Shown here: piece by piece, positions 50,406 through 64,000 of the stretch | Layout: every line of letters begins with the position of its first letter | Numbering within the stretch: position 1 is the stretch's first letter | DNA from: Eledone cirrhosa | Lineage: Eukaryota | Length of the DNA: 64,000 bases | Assembly: GCA_964016885.1 (NCBI GenBank) | Contig: OZ024752.1 | Coordinates: 6,572,001 to 6,636,000, forward strand | Reading direction: 5' to 3' | Position numbers and translations under genes: made by a program | The notes under the pieces: generated by a model | What the model saw: the letters and a program-made list of their open reading frames with translations, nothing else | Told to the model about the DNA's origin: nothing | Database searches by the model: none

Positions 50406-50509
50406 TGCTGTGGTAACGACAGAATATTATATTACACTCTGTTTAGCTCGACACCTCGTGACGTGAACCTAAACATCGAGTGCGCACCTGGGTGAACCTA
50501 CAGTAACTT

Positions 50510-50768
50510 CACGTAGTGTGCGGGAGAGAAGACTGCATTGGTATGGACATATGATGCGCATGGAGGATGACCGCTGGGTAAAGAAGTGCCAAGAAATCCC
50601 AGTAGAAGAAGACCATGAAAAACATTTGTGGAGGTGGTGAGAGCTGATCTCAGATCGCTGAAGCTCATGGAGGAGATGACGAAGGACCATGACAAGTGGA
50701 GAGATGCTGTGCTGAAGAGGACCCGTCCCACCCTTGCAAACAGGGAAAAGCAGATGTAAAATGATGAA
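50510..50768 (+). mobile_element. RTE LINE 3' end
   Basis: RERRLHWYGHMMRMEDDRWVKKC...GR...KTFVEVVRADLRSL; tail gcaaacagggaaaagcagatgtaaaatgatga. Confidence 0.8.
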
Positions 50769-51489
50769 TAAAAAAATGTTGATATATATTCCAAAAGTCA
50801 GCTAACATATTCTGTGCTCATTCAATTAAAGTGTGACTGTTCTATGTACATAAAACACCCCCTCAATAAACACACACATGCTGAGGGCATCACCTTGTAG
50901 GGTTTTGATATAAATATATATCATAGTAATGAATCTTGAATCAACTCAAGTGTAACATTACATAACCCCCCCCCCCCCCCCCCCACATGAAAACAGGTTG
51001 CTATGGATGTCAAGAGAGGAATCACAGGTGGGGTGGGGAATAACAACAATGTTGGGGATGATGATAAAAATAATGATGATGATGGTGATGGTGATGATGG
51101 TGATAATGGTGATGATGGTGATGGTGGTGATGGTGATGCTAGTGGTGGTGATGATGATAAAGGTGATAATAATAATGATGATGATGATAATGATGATGAT
51201 GATGATGATAATGGTGATGATGATGATAATAAACATAACCTCCTGCCTCTCCTGCCTCCACCAGATATTAAAAAGTTTGTTTTCAAGACAAATATCTGAA
51301 GAGAGCAAACTGTTTACTTTAAGCTTAATAGATAAAAGAGAATATTTTTCACAAAGCTAAACATAGATTTCTTGTTTATAGAACTGAGATTATTTCTGCA
51401 ATTCTACAAAGACAATAGTGACCATTCATACAGTAAGGTAACACTATTTTCAGCTTAGTTAGAAGCTAACACTATATCTTCTGTCTTTT

Positions 51490-52378
51490 TCTCTCTCTCT
51501 TTCTATCTATATCTCTCTCTCACACACACACACACACACTCTCTCTCTCTCTCTCACACACACACAAGTTCTCTTTCTCTCTCTCACACACACTTTTTCA
51601 AACACACACACAGACATACCCACTCTCTCTCTATCTCTCACACACATACTCTTTCTCTCTCATGCACTCTCTCTCTTTCTCAAACACAGATACTCTCTCT
51701 GTTTCTCAAACACACATACTCTCTCTTTCTCAAACACACACTCTTTCTTTCTCAAACACACACACACTCTCTCTCTATCTCAAACACACACACTCTCTCT
51801 CTATCTCAAACACACACACTCTCTCTCTATCTCAAACACACACACTCTCTCTCTATCTCAAACACACACACTCTCTCTGTTTCTCAAACACACACACACA
51901 CTCTCTGTTTCTCAAACACACACACACACTCTCTCTGTTTCTCAAACACACACACACTCTCTCTATCTCAAACACACACACACTCTCTCTATCTCAAACA
52001 CACACACTCTCTGTTTCTCAAACACACACACTCTCTCTATCTCAAACACACACACTCTCTGTTTCTCAAACACACACACTCTCTCTATCTCAAACACACT
52101 CACTCTCTGTCTCAAACACACACACATTCTCTCTATCTCAAACACACACACACTCTCTCTATCTCAAACACATACACACACACACTCTATCTCAAACACA
52201 CACACACTCTCTGTTTGTCAAACACACACACTCTCTCTATCTCAAACATACTCACTCTCTGTCTCAAACACACACACATTCTCTCTATCTCAAACACACA
52301 CACACACACTCTCTCTATCTCAAACACATACACACACACACTCTCTCTATCTCAAACACACACTCTCTCTCTCTCTAC
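51490..52378. repeat. (CT)n/(CA)n compound minisatellite (tctcaaacacacacactctctc units)
   Basis: Direct inspection. Confidence 0.9.
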
Positions 52379-53029
52379 TCAGATGTATTTACCAATTTAT
52401 CAATATATGTAATCTTGGTAGGTGTTAAAGACATTAGCATTAAATATTGTTGGCTGAATATTTTTTAGACAATCTTCAGAAATACATTAAAAGGGTTTCT
52501 GTTGCTCTCGATAATGGCCATAGCAACTGTTTCATCAACACAACTCTATACTCATTGAGTTATAAAATATATGGTTGGATCTTTTACAGATTACTTTTAA
52601 CCCTTTAGTATTTACATTACTCTATATATACTATTGTATATATCGAATCTATGCATTACACTGTCTTATGTAATCAGTAATGTAATCCATGATACATTCA
52701 AAAAAGATGATGATATTATATATAAACTGCATTAGGAGAAAATTAGTGACGGAAATATATGAATGTTTATTTAAGTGATGTAATAAATGTTATATTAAAA
52801 CGGACGCTAACCGGTAGTGTTGACATTTGAAAATTTTGAAGAAGTGAATCTTAAAATAAGCAACAAAATTATTTATATTTAATCAAGAATAACGAAATTT
52901 AGTAGATAAATTATGTAATAGTTTAGATTTATTTTGAGAACAAAACCTTAAAATTAGTATGAACGGCCAGTTACAGCCGGTTTGAACAGAAAGAGGTGAG
53001 AGAATTCTGGCCAAATATGTCTGGTTTAA

Positions 53030-56000
53030 CCCTTTAACATTTACATTACTCTATATATACTATTGTATTTTCACAGTAAAGGCTTTACCTCACATAATAT
53101 CTCACATAACATTTACATTACTCTATATATACTATTGTATTTTCACAGTAAAGTCTTTACCTCACATAATATCTCACATAACATTTACATTACTCTATAT
53201 ATACTATTGTATTTTCACAGTAAAGTCTTTACCTCACATAATATCTCACATAACATTTACATTACTCTATATATACTATTGTATTTTCACAGTAAAGGCT
53301 TTACCTCACATAATATCTCACATAACATTTACATTACTCTATATATGCTATTGTATTTTCACAGTAAAGTCTTTACCTCACATAATATCTCACATAACAT
53401 TTACATTACTCTATATATACTATTGTATTTTCACAGTAAAGGCTTTACCTCACATAATATCTCACATGACATTTACATTACTCTATATATGCTATTGGGA
53501 GCCTGGGTAGGGATCCTTTGAATAAGATCTGTCCGAGATGCGTGCATGATGACGAAACCGTTGCGCACGCATTCGTACACTGCCCAGGCATTGCTGACCT
53601 GTGGGGCTATGTGGAACGACTACTGTCGAGGGTGGGACCAATCCGGTTGACCACCGAGTCCATTGTCACGATCAAACCGCCTCCCCCTTTCAAAAACGAA
53701 GGAGAGGCGGTTTTTCTCTGTGTGGTAGCCATGGCTAAAGAAGTTGTATGGTGGACGAGGCTGAAAGGGCTGAGGTCAGACACCTTTCTCTCCGGCCAAC
53801 AACTGGTCCTCTTTTTCAAATACCATTTTAAAAGAAGGATCAGAATGGAGAGAGAGGTGCTCTACCCCAGCAAGTTTTATGAAAGGTGGGTGAAAGTAGG
53901 GAGAATGGCCAGAGTGAATGGGTCTTCGCTCTATATCAGCCTGTAGGTGAAAGAAGAGGAAAAAGAGGAGACGAGGGAAGCACCTACTCTTTGTGCTCCT
54001 GAGGAGAAGGGTTGCACATTTTTTCCGGGGTGTGTGTGACCCACGTTAATGCCCCCTCCCTATTGAGGACTTCGTTTGTTGTTGTTATTTCATTGTTATA
54101 TTTTTGTACTCGTTAATTATATGTAAACTTTCCCCTTTGTATCTGTCCTTACCTTTTGTGCCCTAGTGGCAAATAAAGAAACCACTCTATATATACTATT
54201 GTATTTTCACAGTAAAGGCTTTACCTCACATAATACCTCACATAACATTTACATTACTCTATATATACTATTGTATTTTCACAGTAAAGGCTTTACCCCA
54301 CATAATATCTCACATAACATTTACATTACTCTATATATACTATTGTATTTTCACAGTAAAGGCTTTACCTCACATAATACCTCACATAACATTTACATTA
54401 CTCTATATATACTATTGTATTTTCACAGTAAAGGCTTTACCCCACATAATATCTCACATAACATTTACATTACTCTATATATACTATTGTATTTTCACAG
54501 TAAAGGCTTTACCTCACATAATACCTCACATAACATTTACATTACTCTATATATACTATTGTATTTTCACAGTAAAGGCTTTACCTCACATAATACCTCA
54601 CATAACATTTACATTACTCTATATATACTATTGTATTTTCACAGTAAAGGCTTTACCTCACATAATATCTCACATAACATTTACATTACTCTATATATAC
54701 TATTGTATTTTCACAGTAAAGGCTTTACCTCACATAATACCTCACATAACATTTACATTACTCTATATATACTATTGTATTTTCACAGTAAAGGCTTTAC
54801 CTCACATAATACCTCACATAACATTTACATTACTCTATATATACTATTGTATTTTCACAGTAAAGACTTTACCTCACATAATATCTCACATAACATTTAC
54901 ATTACTCTATATATACTATTGTATTTTCACAGTAAAGGCTTTACCTCACATAATATCTCACATAACATTTACATTACTCTATATATACTATTGTATTTTC
55001 ACAGTAAAGGCTTTACCTCACATAATACCTCACATAACATTTACATTACTCTATATATACTATTGTATTTTCACAGTAAAGGCTTTACCTCACATAATAC
55101 CTCACATAACATTTACATTACTCTATATATACTATTGTATTTTCACAGTAAAGGCTTTACCTCACATAATACCTCACATAACATTTACATTACTCTATAT
55201 ATACTATTGTATTTTCACAGTAAAGACTTTACCTCACATAATACCTCACATAACATTTACATTACTCTATATATACTATTGTATTTTCACAGTAAAGACT
55301 TTACCTCACATAATACCTCACATAACATTTACATTACTCTATATATACTATTGTATTTTCACAGTAAAGGCTTTACCTCACATAATACCTCACATAACAT
55401 TTACATTACTCTATATATACTATTGTATTTTCACAGTAAAGACTTTACCTCACATAATACCTCACATAACATTTACATTACTCTATATTTACTATTGTAT
55501 TTTCACAGTAAAGACTTTACCTCACATACTATCTCACATAACATTTACATTACTCTATATATACTATTGTATTGTCACAGTAAAGTCTTTATCTCACATA
55601 ATACCTCACATAACATTTACATTACTCTATATTTACTATTGTATTTTCACAGTAAAGGCTTTACCTCACATAACATTTACATTACTCTATATTTACTATT
55701 GTATTTTCACAGTAAAGGCTTTACCTCACATAATATCTCACATAACATTTACATTACTCTATATATACTATTGTATTTTCACAGTAAAGGCTTTACCTCA
55801 CATAATATCTCACATAACATTTACATTACTCTCTATATACTATTGTATTTTCACAGTAAAGGCTTTACCTCACATAATATCTCACATAACATTTACATTA
55901 CTCTATATATACTATTGTATTTTCACAGTAAAGGCTTTACCTCACATAATATCTCACATAACATTTACATTACTCTCTATATACTATTGTATTTTCACAG

Positions 56001-56735
56001 TAAAGGCTTTACCTCACATAATATCTCACATAACATTTACATTACTCTATATATACTATTGTATTTTCACAGTAAAGGCTTTACCCCACATAATATCTCA
56101 CATAACATTTACATTACTCTATATATACTATTGTATTTTCACAGTAAAGGCTTTACCCCACATACTATCTCACATAACATTTACATTACTCTATATATAC
56201 TATTGTATTTTCACAGTAAAGGCTTTACCTCACATAATATCTCACATAACATTTACATTACTCTATATATACTATTGTATTTTCACAGTAAAGGCTTTAC
56301 CTCACATAATATCTCACATAACATTTACATTACTCTATATATACTATTGTATTTTCACAGTAAAGGCTTTACCCCACATACTATCTCACATACCATTTAC
56401 ATTACTCTATATATACTATTGTATTTTCACAGTAAAGGCTTTACCCCACATACTATCTCACATACCATTTACATTACTCTATATATACTATTGTATTTTC
56501 ACAGTAAAGGCTTTACCTCACATAACATTTACATTACTCTATATTTACTATTGTATTTTCACAGTAAAGGCTTTATCTTACTTAATTATTTCACATAATA
56601 TCGAATCTATGAGATTTTGATATCTATTTTGAGAACAATACCTTAATGTAGGTATGAGTGGCTAGTTACAGCCGGTTTGAACAGAAAGAGGTGAGAGAAT
56701 TCTGGCCGGATATGAGCAGTTTAAATGTTAAATGG
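53030..56735. mobile_element. MITE-A with about 40 units of the 72-bp satellite and a LINE insertion; sits at a TTAA within another MITE-A fragment (52925-53029)
   Basis: TTAA|ccctttaacatttacattac ... ttaaatgttaaatgg|TTAA. Confidence 0.88.
53498..54183 (+). mobile_element. 5'-truncated Tx1/L1-type non-LTR retrotransposon (ORF2 C-terminus plus 3' UTR)
   Basis: CPRCVHDDETVAHAFVHC (CCHC zf-RVT-type finger), ...F...W motif and stop at 53946; 3' end aataaagaaacc; flanked by actctatatat(g/a)ctattg at 53480-53497 and 54184-54201. Confidence 0.85.
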
Positions 56736-57087
56736 TTAAAACCTCTCCCTCTGCCCTGAACTTTATTTCATTGACTCTAAAGAAAGGATGAAGGGCAAGG
56801 CTGACTCTTTTGAAGGATTTAGAGCACAAAGAGCTGGAACTCTGAGGTAGTTAATGTGATATTCTAGCAACAGTGACAAACTACTGCCTAAACACCTCCA
56901 AGTAATGACAAAAATGTACTAGAAACATATGCTAGGTTACCATATATCTGCACCATATGGTTGACTATATAAATAATTTGAAGTACACAGTATTTTGTAC
57001 AAGATCCTCTACAGTAATCACTGTCACATCTGTTATATTAGCTTGACACCGTTTCACATGAATGAATCAACACAAACAATTTATAGT

Positions 57088-57755
57088 TTAACCCTTTCCT
57101 TATCATATTTCTAATGGAAGACACTGTCAATAATATTCACATAATTTCCACATAATATTCACATAATATTCACATAATATTCACATAATATTCACATAAT
57201 TTCCACATAATTTCCACATAATATTCACATAATTTCCACATAATATTCACATAATTTCCACATAATATTCACATAATTTCCACATAATATTCACATAATA
57301 TTCACATAATATTCACATAATATTCACATAATTTCCACATAATATTCACATAATATTCACATAATATCCACATAATATCCACATAATATTCACATAATTT
57401 CCACATAATATTCACATAATTTCCACATAATTTTCAAAATAATAATTTGGTGGGATTTAGTAACATAACTCATTACTAAGGTGGTGTTTTTAAGTTCAAA
57501 TCTCACCAAAGTCAACTTCACCTTTTACCTTTTTGGGTCAATAAAATAAAGTACCAGTCCTGCTCTGGGAATTGACATAACCAGCTTTCCTTACCCCTAA
57601 ATTGCTAGCCTTGTGCCTATATTAGAAACCATTATTAAGGGGATGTTTGGAACATAAAGGTTCATACATAAAGTTATGGAAGCTTTTAGATAAATGTGGA
57701 CACCCTAAAACAGTTTCCTATCGTAGAACTAAGGGTGGTTCAGACAGTTTGCCAT
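57088..57755. mobile_element. MITE-B copy containing an 11-bp tandem array (57130-57432) and a SINE-1 fragment (57490-57632)
   Basis: ttaaccctttccttatcatatttctaatgg start; (cataatattca)n; MITE-B body tgtttggaacataaagg...gatatt-like region resumes near 57640. Confidence 0.65.
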
Positions 57756-59888
57756 CAAAACGGTCAACAAATGAGACTCAGTCCAACCAATGCTTTGAGT
57801 GTGAAATTTATTCAAATCTTGTGAGGTCAATTTTGGTTTTCACCCTTCTGTGGCTGATAAAATAAAATACGTAATGGGGTTGATTTAATCAATTGTGCCT
57901 ATATTAGAAACAATTATTCATTTAACTTTCTAATCTACATCTATGATGTCACTGTCTGTCTGTTTTCAATATGTTGTACTAAGTTTTATGATATGGAAAA
58001 TTTGATTCCAACAGCCAAATTGGCAGGGATTGATTTAGCCAAGATTTCGGTCCTGCATTAGCAGCTAACTTCTAAAGAAGCTTAATCATTGGTTCTCCCC
58101 TGTTCAAGTAATTTAATCAGATGACATATATACCTTCCTTTCAAATCAGAAATTAAAACAGGATTATAAGCCAATATAGAAAATTAGTTATAATAATAAA
58201 TAAATAAAGACATAAAATGAACTTGAGTGAACATTCTAGAATAAAGTTGACAGAGAAAAATATCTTTGACATGAAATGAAAGTTATAAAATTAATGTAAC
58301 ATGAATACAAGATCAGTGAATTGGCAATGTTGAGAGAACATTGGAAAGGGTAGTTAAGGGCATTTGTTCAGAATGAGCTTTGACTTCTTACTGAGATCAA
58401 CCTTGCCTTTCATCCTTTCGAGGCAGAAAAATAAAGTACCAGTCATGTATTGGAGATTGATTTTTCACTTTATCTCTCTCTCTCTCTCTCCCTCTAGAAG
58501 AAATTGGCTGTGTTTAGACCTTGAGAGGGCTGGGTTCCACAGGGTTTAAATGTCCAAGACAAGCTGTACATCATGATGGAACCCTTACAACTCCATCAGG
58601 AGTTAAGGTTCTAAATATAAGACAGATATATATATATATATATCTTAGATCTTGTAAGTAAGCAAGTATATGTCCAATTGTATAACACATGACAGTTTTA
58701 ACCTAGGAAAACATAGATATATACAGATACTTATGAAACAGTAAAACCAACCAAGTTCCAAATCTGATGCAACACATTACCAGGTCATGGGACATGACTT
58801 CTCTTCTTATCATTTTCATCATCAACTTTATTTCAAATGTTTCATACCAGGATACGTTAGATAAGACTGAGGCAATATTCTATGCTTCAACACTCTTCCT
58901 AATACCAATACTTCTTTGGTTTATTTTATATAGAAAAACATTGCTTATTGTGTTTGAATTATTTTGAAAATAAGAGTTTGGAGGGATTTAATATAACTAA
59001 TTTTCTCATAATTAAGCTGGTGTTTTGAACAAAACTTAAGCAAAGGTTTTTACATAATAATTCTGCCAATCCACCAATCTAGATTCATACTTTACTGACT
59101 TTGACAGAATGAAAGACAATTTTGACTGTCATTAGAATTTGAACTTAGAGATCAGAAAGCCAGAAAAAAATATTTCAAAGCATCTAATCCAATGCTTTAA
59201 CAACTCTGCCAGTTTACCAAGGGTCTGGTGATGATGTTAAACTGGGTGATATATTAAGTCTTATACCTTATGTCGGTTACAGCAAGATTTGAACTCAGAA
59301 TGTAAAGAACTGGAAGAAATAGTACAAGGTATCTCATTTGATTCTCTAAATAATCTGCCATTCCACTGTCTTGGTTTAGTACTTTACCAATGCCAATATG
59401 ACAAAAGTCAAAATTAAGCCTTATGAGATTTGAACCGAAAAACACAAAGTAAAGAAAAACACTGAAATATTTTGTCTGATCTAAAATGACCGTCAGTTTG
59501 CCTCTTAGTATAAAGACATTCCAGTAGTGATCATCCTGTCTTTTTAGGAACATCTAGAACTGCATTATCTAATGTCTTGTTTTGTTAAGATGGTAGAGAA
59601 ATCTTATTGTTTCTACTTAGTAGGTTGAGCAACAGCTAAGAGGCAGCTTCATTGGATTGAAATATTTAATATTTATTTAAATGGTTTAATATATTTGATA
59701 AATAGGCTCAAACATTCCACAGTAGTATTAAGACTAAAAATAAATAAATTTAAAACTATTTCCTGACCTCTTTCATAAAACTGAAACTTCTCTAAGAAGA
59801 AATTCAATATTTCTTAATATTTCCAACAAAACTGACATATTTTATTAACATTCAAGAAACTTTTATTACAAAACATTATATTGTCCTT

Positions 59889-60235
59889 TAACCCTTCCAT
59901 TACCATATTTCTAATGAAAGACAACTGTCTATGTCATTAGTATACAAATCCGGTTGAAAATAGTCAAAAATTTGTAGCAATTTAGAATACAACTTTCTGT
60001 TTATCAATCTAGTATTTGGGTTTGGAATATAACAAAAGTTCTCACGTGAAATTTTGAGGAATGATTTTTTAGATAAATATATATCATAGATAAATATATT
60101 ATATCATAGATAAATATATATCATAGATAAATATATTATATCATAGATAAATATATATCATAGATAAATATAAACAGTGTTTATATCATAGAACCAGAAA
60201 TTGTTTCAGATGATTGTGTGAATCAAAAGGATTAA
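59889..60235. mobile_element. MITE-B copy with a short internal tandem (atcatagataaatat)n
   Basis: ttaa-cccttccattaccatatttctaatgaaagac ... gaatcaaaagga-ttaa. Confidence 0.65.
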
Positions 60236-61577
60236 ATGGTTTCCTAATTCTGACAGATAAAGTAAAATATTCCACAGTAGTATTACTCTTTTACTTGTCC
60301 TGGCCAACTAGGGCCATGCTGGGGCACCACCATTGAAGACAGAAAAATAATTAAACAAAAATCTTTACCAAAACTATATCCTGGCATCTTTTATAGAATT
60401 GAAACTTCTCTTTCCAAGAAGCAACTTAATATTTTTAATATTTTCAACAAACCAACATATCCAGCTGGGTTTCATTAAGTTTATTAACTCCTATTAAGTT
60501 TATTAACCACAACAGTAAGATATCATTGAAAAGTATAAAACAATGCTATAACTCCATTGCGGTAAAAATTTTAAAGGTCTTTACCTTAATACTGCAAATT
60601 TTCACAATAATCTATCCACCAGTAAAGATACTATAAACATTTAAATTAACAAACATATTTTTAGATATTAAGAGTTAAATAGAAACTTTTTCTTTACAAA
60701 AAAATTATTTTCAATAGAAAATCTTATCTTATCTGTTAAATAAGATAAATTTGACCAAGATAACAAACTAACTCACCCATGTATAATTTCACTAACAATA
60801 AATAACAGTTTTGTTAAATGATAGATAGGCATGCAGAACGAACCCCTAAGTATTTAAAAGTGCTTTTTTCCTTGAGTTTTCCTTCATTTTCCAATGTGTT
60901 TGTTTTGGTTAGTTTTTTAAATACATTTCTAAGTAAATACCTGGTTAGCATTGGAAGGGGAAACAGGCAGTAGCTGGTTTCAACTAGAATATAATCAGAT
61001 AAGGGAAGAAATTTCACTAAGTTCCCCTCTTTCAAAGATAAGGCTATCAAACTTAATGGTTTATCAGCAGTACAGCTAATTGTTGATTAGATCTTTCTCT
61101 CTCTCTCTCTCTCTCTAGATCAAGACATACAGGTGGAGTAAGTGGCTGGGGTATTTAGTAAGCACTAGCCCTATCTCAGGGTATTTAGATATATTTCCTG
61201 ATATATTCACAAGAAAAAAATGGTTGAATCCAGAATGAAATATAAGCTTGTCAGAATTTCTTTTTTCAATGAATCTTCCCCACTTTATATGAAAGACTTA
61301 GGAAGAAAGCTAGAGATTCCAGCCAACTGATCTTACACCCTCCCACATTGAATGGTTTTGATCTAGCAGCATTTATCGGAACACAAGTACTATGGCCTTT
61401 GTATAGAAACATCAGAGCAACAAGAGACTTTCATACTTCTTCCACTGGTTTTCCACAAAACTTCTTGCCAGGGTTTTCACCTTGGAGAGGAACTTTCCAG
61501 GTGCAAACTCATGACTGAATAGAAACATAAAACTGTTAAGTCATAGAGTGAAAGCCAGTGCTCATGACTCTGACTCT

Positions 61578-61842
61578 TTCCAAGGCCTCTGATACTGATG
61601 TGAGGGAACAAGGATGGTAGTTCCAAGGCCTCTGATACTGATGTGAGGGAACAAGGATGGTAGTTCCAAGGCCTCTGATACTGATGTGAGGGAACAAGGA
61701 TGGTAGTTCCAAGGCCTCTGATACTGATGTGAGGGAACAAGGATGGTAGTTCCAAGGCCTCTGATACTGATGTGAGGGAACAAGGATGGTAGTTCCAAGG
61801 CCTCTGATACTGATGTGAGGGAACAAGGATGGTAGTTCCAAG
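61578..61842. repeat. 43-bp minisatellite, 6 apparently identical units
   Basis: ttccaaggcctctgatactgatgtgagggaacaaggatggtag. Confidence 0.95.
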
Positions 61843-61921
61843 TTGAAGACTTGATGCAAATGTTTGCAACAGAGTAAACCTCGCTAAAGGCACTCAAAGG
61901 GCAGGTAGGGGGGTTAAACTA

Positions 61922-62170
61922 GGCACATGGCTTAGTGGTTAGAGCATTGGGCTTGCAATCGAAAAGTTGTGAGTTCAATTCTCGGACCGGGTGATGTGTT
62001 GTTTCCTTGAGCAAGACACTTTATTTCATGTTGCTCCAGTTTACTCAGCTGTAGAAATGAGATGATAGGGACTGCGGTCCCTATCATTAAATCACCCAAA
62101 ACACCTCCAACGAGATATACCTTGGAGGAGGCCAGCTAAACCTGCATAGGTGTGAGCTGTCACAACACAC
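61922..62170 (+). mobile_element. SINE-2 near full length (tRNA head, CORE-like domain, 3' tail)
   Basis: A box tggcttagtgg, B box gagttcaattc, ccttgagcaagacactt...gtttactcagctgtagaaatg. Confidence 0.85.
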
Positions 62171-62684
62171 AGATGAAGTCTACTACCTATGTAGGGCACA
62201 GCAATATTTAGACTCACAGAACAACTACTACAAGGGGTCAAAGCCAACACTTTTGTCAGTTCTCCTCCCTAAACAGCTACTTTATTTATAAACCCCAAGA
62301 AGGATGAAAAGCAAAGTTGACTTCAATGGGATTTGAACCCAGAATACTATGAGGTTTAAATATATCCTGCAACACATTTCAGTCTGATGCTCTACCGATT
62401 CTGCCAAGTCATGGATCAGACTAAATTTTATGTTATCTCTGGAAGATGATAAATTTTGTTAGCTGTAATTAACAGATACTGTGTGGCAAGATAGCATTAA
62501 GAGCTGGGTCACCCCAACCTCCACCACCACCACCCACTAGTAACACATCTGTTTCACCTCCACTTAGCAACTGCTTCAAGCCTTACACCCCCCCCCCCAC
62601 CACCACTACCACTACAAAAAAAAAAAAGAAACATCAAAAAACATGTCTCTCTTCAGAAACACCTATGATTGAAATATTCACAGT

Positions 62685-63066
62685 AAACAACAACAACAAA
62701 CATAACAACAACGATAATAACCATAACCACAACAACCATAATAACAACAACCATAACAAACAACAACCATAACAACAACGATAATAACCATAACAACCAC
62801 AACAACCATAATAACAACAACCATAACAACCACAACAACAATAACAATGATAACAACAACCACAATAATCATCACATCACTAAAACCACCACCACCCACC
62901 ACCACCACCACAATAACAACAACAACCATCACCACAAAACAACAGCAACAACAACAACAACCACAATAACCATCACAACAACAACAACAACCATCACCAC
63001 AAAACAACAGCAACAACCACCACCACCACCACCACCACCACCACCACCACCACCACCACCACCACC

Positions 63067-63097
<31 letters not shown>

Positions 63098-63172
63098 CCA
63101 CCACCACCACCACAACAACCACCACCACCACCACCACCACAACAACAACAACCACCACCAACACCACAATAA
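62685..63172. repeat. (CAA/CAC)n low-complexity tract
   Basis: Direct inspection. Confidence 0.9.
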
Positions 63173-63579
63173 TGACCTCATAGTTAGAGTTATGACTTAC
63201 TAGGTAGTGGATATAAGCTACTATTGTAAGTAGAATTAGATCCCCGTGGAATCCCTTCAGGTAACAACTGCAAGTCTGATGAAATAAAATAATTTCACAT
63301 TTTAATTATTATTATTATTATTATTATTATTGTAGAATTTCATTTGTCATAACAATCAGCCATCGGACACGTATTTAGATTTTAATACAATTTCAAGGTT
63401 AATATTTCATTTTCAATTTAATTAATTCATTAATTATACTTACCATTTATTTTTATTATCATTTAGGTTTTCAATTAGGTTTTCGTGCCAACCCTTATGA
63501 ATATTGGGTAATGAACAAAAGAATATGATCGCGAATGTGAGCGGCCAAAATGGGTTTCCTTTGAAGGATTTTTGGAATA

Positions 63580-63828
63580 ACGTTACTGAATAGAGTGAGT
63601 AGCTCGGAGATGAGAGAGTCACTCCAGGTACAGCCACTACTTCTCTGAATTGAGGGATTACAGCTCTGATACTATGGACATGTGGTTAGAATGTCTCAGG
63701 AAAGAATCACTGGACAAATTTTATGGGTAAAACCAACCAGCAAGAGACCCAGGGGTAGACCCTGAGCAAGATGGTTGGATAACATCCATGAGATTGGTTG
63801 GTCTCACTTGGGGATCCAGCTGGATCAG
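63580..63828 (+). mobile_element. RTE LINE C-terminal relic
   Basis: SEMRESLQVQPLLL*IEGLQL*YYGHVVRMSQER...KRPRGRP*ARWLDNI. Confidence 0.8.
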
Positions 63829-64000
63829 CATCTCTCCATTTGTCACAGTCCTTCATCATCTCCTCAGCCATCTGAAGTCAGCTCTCACCACCTCCGCCAA
63901 TGTTTTTCGTGGTCTTCCTCTACTGCGTCTTCCTTCCACCAGAATTTTTTAGCACTTCTACACCCAGCGTTCATCTTCCATGAGCATCACATGTCTTCAC
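63829..64000 (-). mobile_element. RTE LINE 3' relic of the 50510 family
   Basis: Minus strand HVMLMEDERWV..C...VEGRRSRGRPRKTLAEVV. Confidence 0.75.

Noticed and set aside
54166-56598. 810-aa ORF (and 469-, 202-, 152-, 147-aa ORFs) of YFHSKGFTSHNISHNIYITLYILL repeats
   Set aside because: Translation of a 72-bp MITE satellite that happens to be stop-free in one frame; frameshifting units occur and it appears on both strands.
61922-61995. tRNA gene
   Set aside because: A and B boxes are present but there is no complete cloverleaf; it continues into a SINE body found elsewhere in the window.
63440-63500. Minus-strand exon ending aaatg|gtaagt
   Set aside because: Strong donor but no convincing acceptor or recognisable peptide.

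Overview
AT-rich, repeat-dominated animal (eukaryotic) genomic DNA, probably intronic or intergenic. The SINE/RTE/microsatellite mix suggests an octopus or other cephalopod; this is an inference from recalled repeat families. No host protein-coding exon is confidently recognisable, and nearly all long ORFs are translations of tandem repeats. Real coding relics are all transposon-derived: an internally deleted DD37D (maT-type Tc1/mariner) transposase with intact TIRs, a 5'-truncated Tx1/L1-type LINE 3' end, and several RTE-clade LINE fragments. Main observations: (1) seven hammerhead-ribozyme-like cores in short modules beside (TA)n tracts, probably Penelope-like element termini, including an inverted pair with a compensatory stem I change and a subfamily with a long branched stem II. 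(2) A TTAA-flanked piggyBac-like MITE that carries expanding 72-bp satellite arrays and hosts a Tx1-like LINE (18-bp TSD) and the maT element. (3) Two 3.4-kb satellites built from the tRNA-like A-box heads of two SINE families. (4) A candidate 12-nt minus-strand microexon with downstream TGCATG motifs. Most repeat boundaries are approximate (read by eye).
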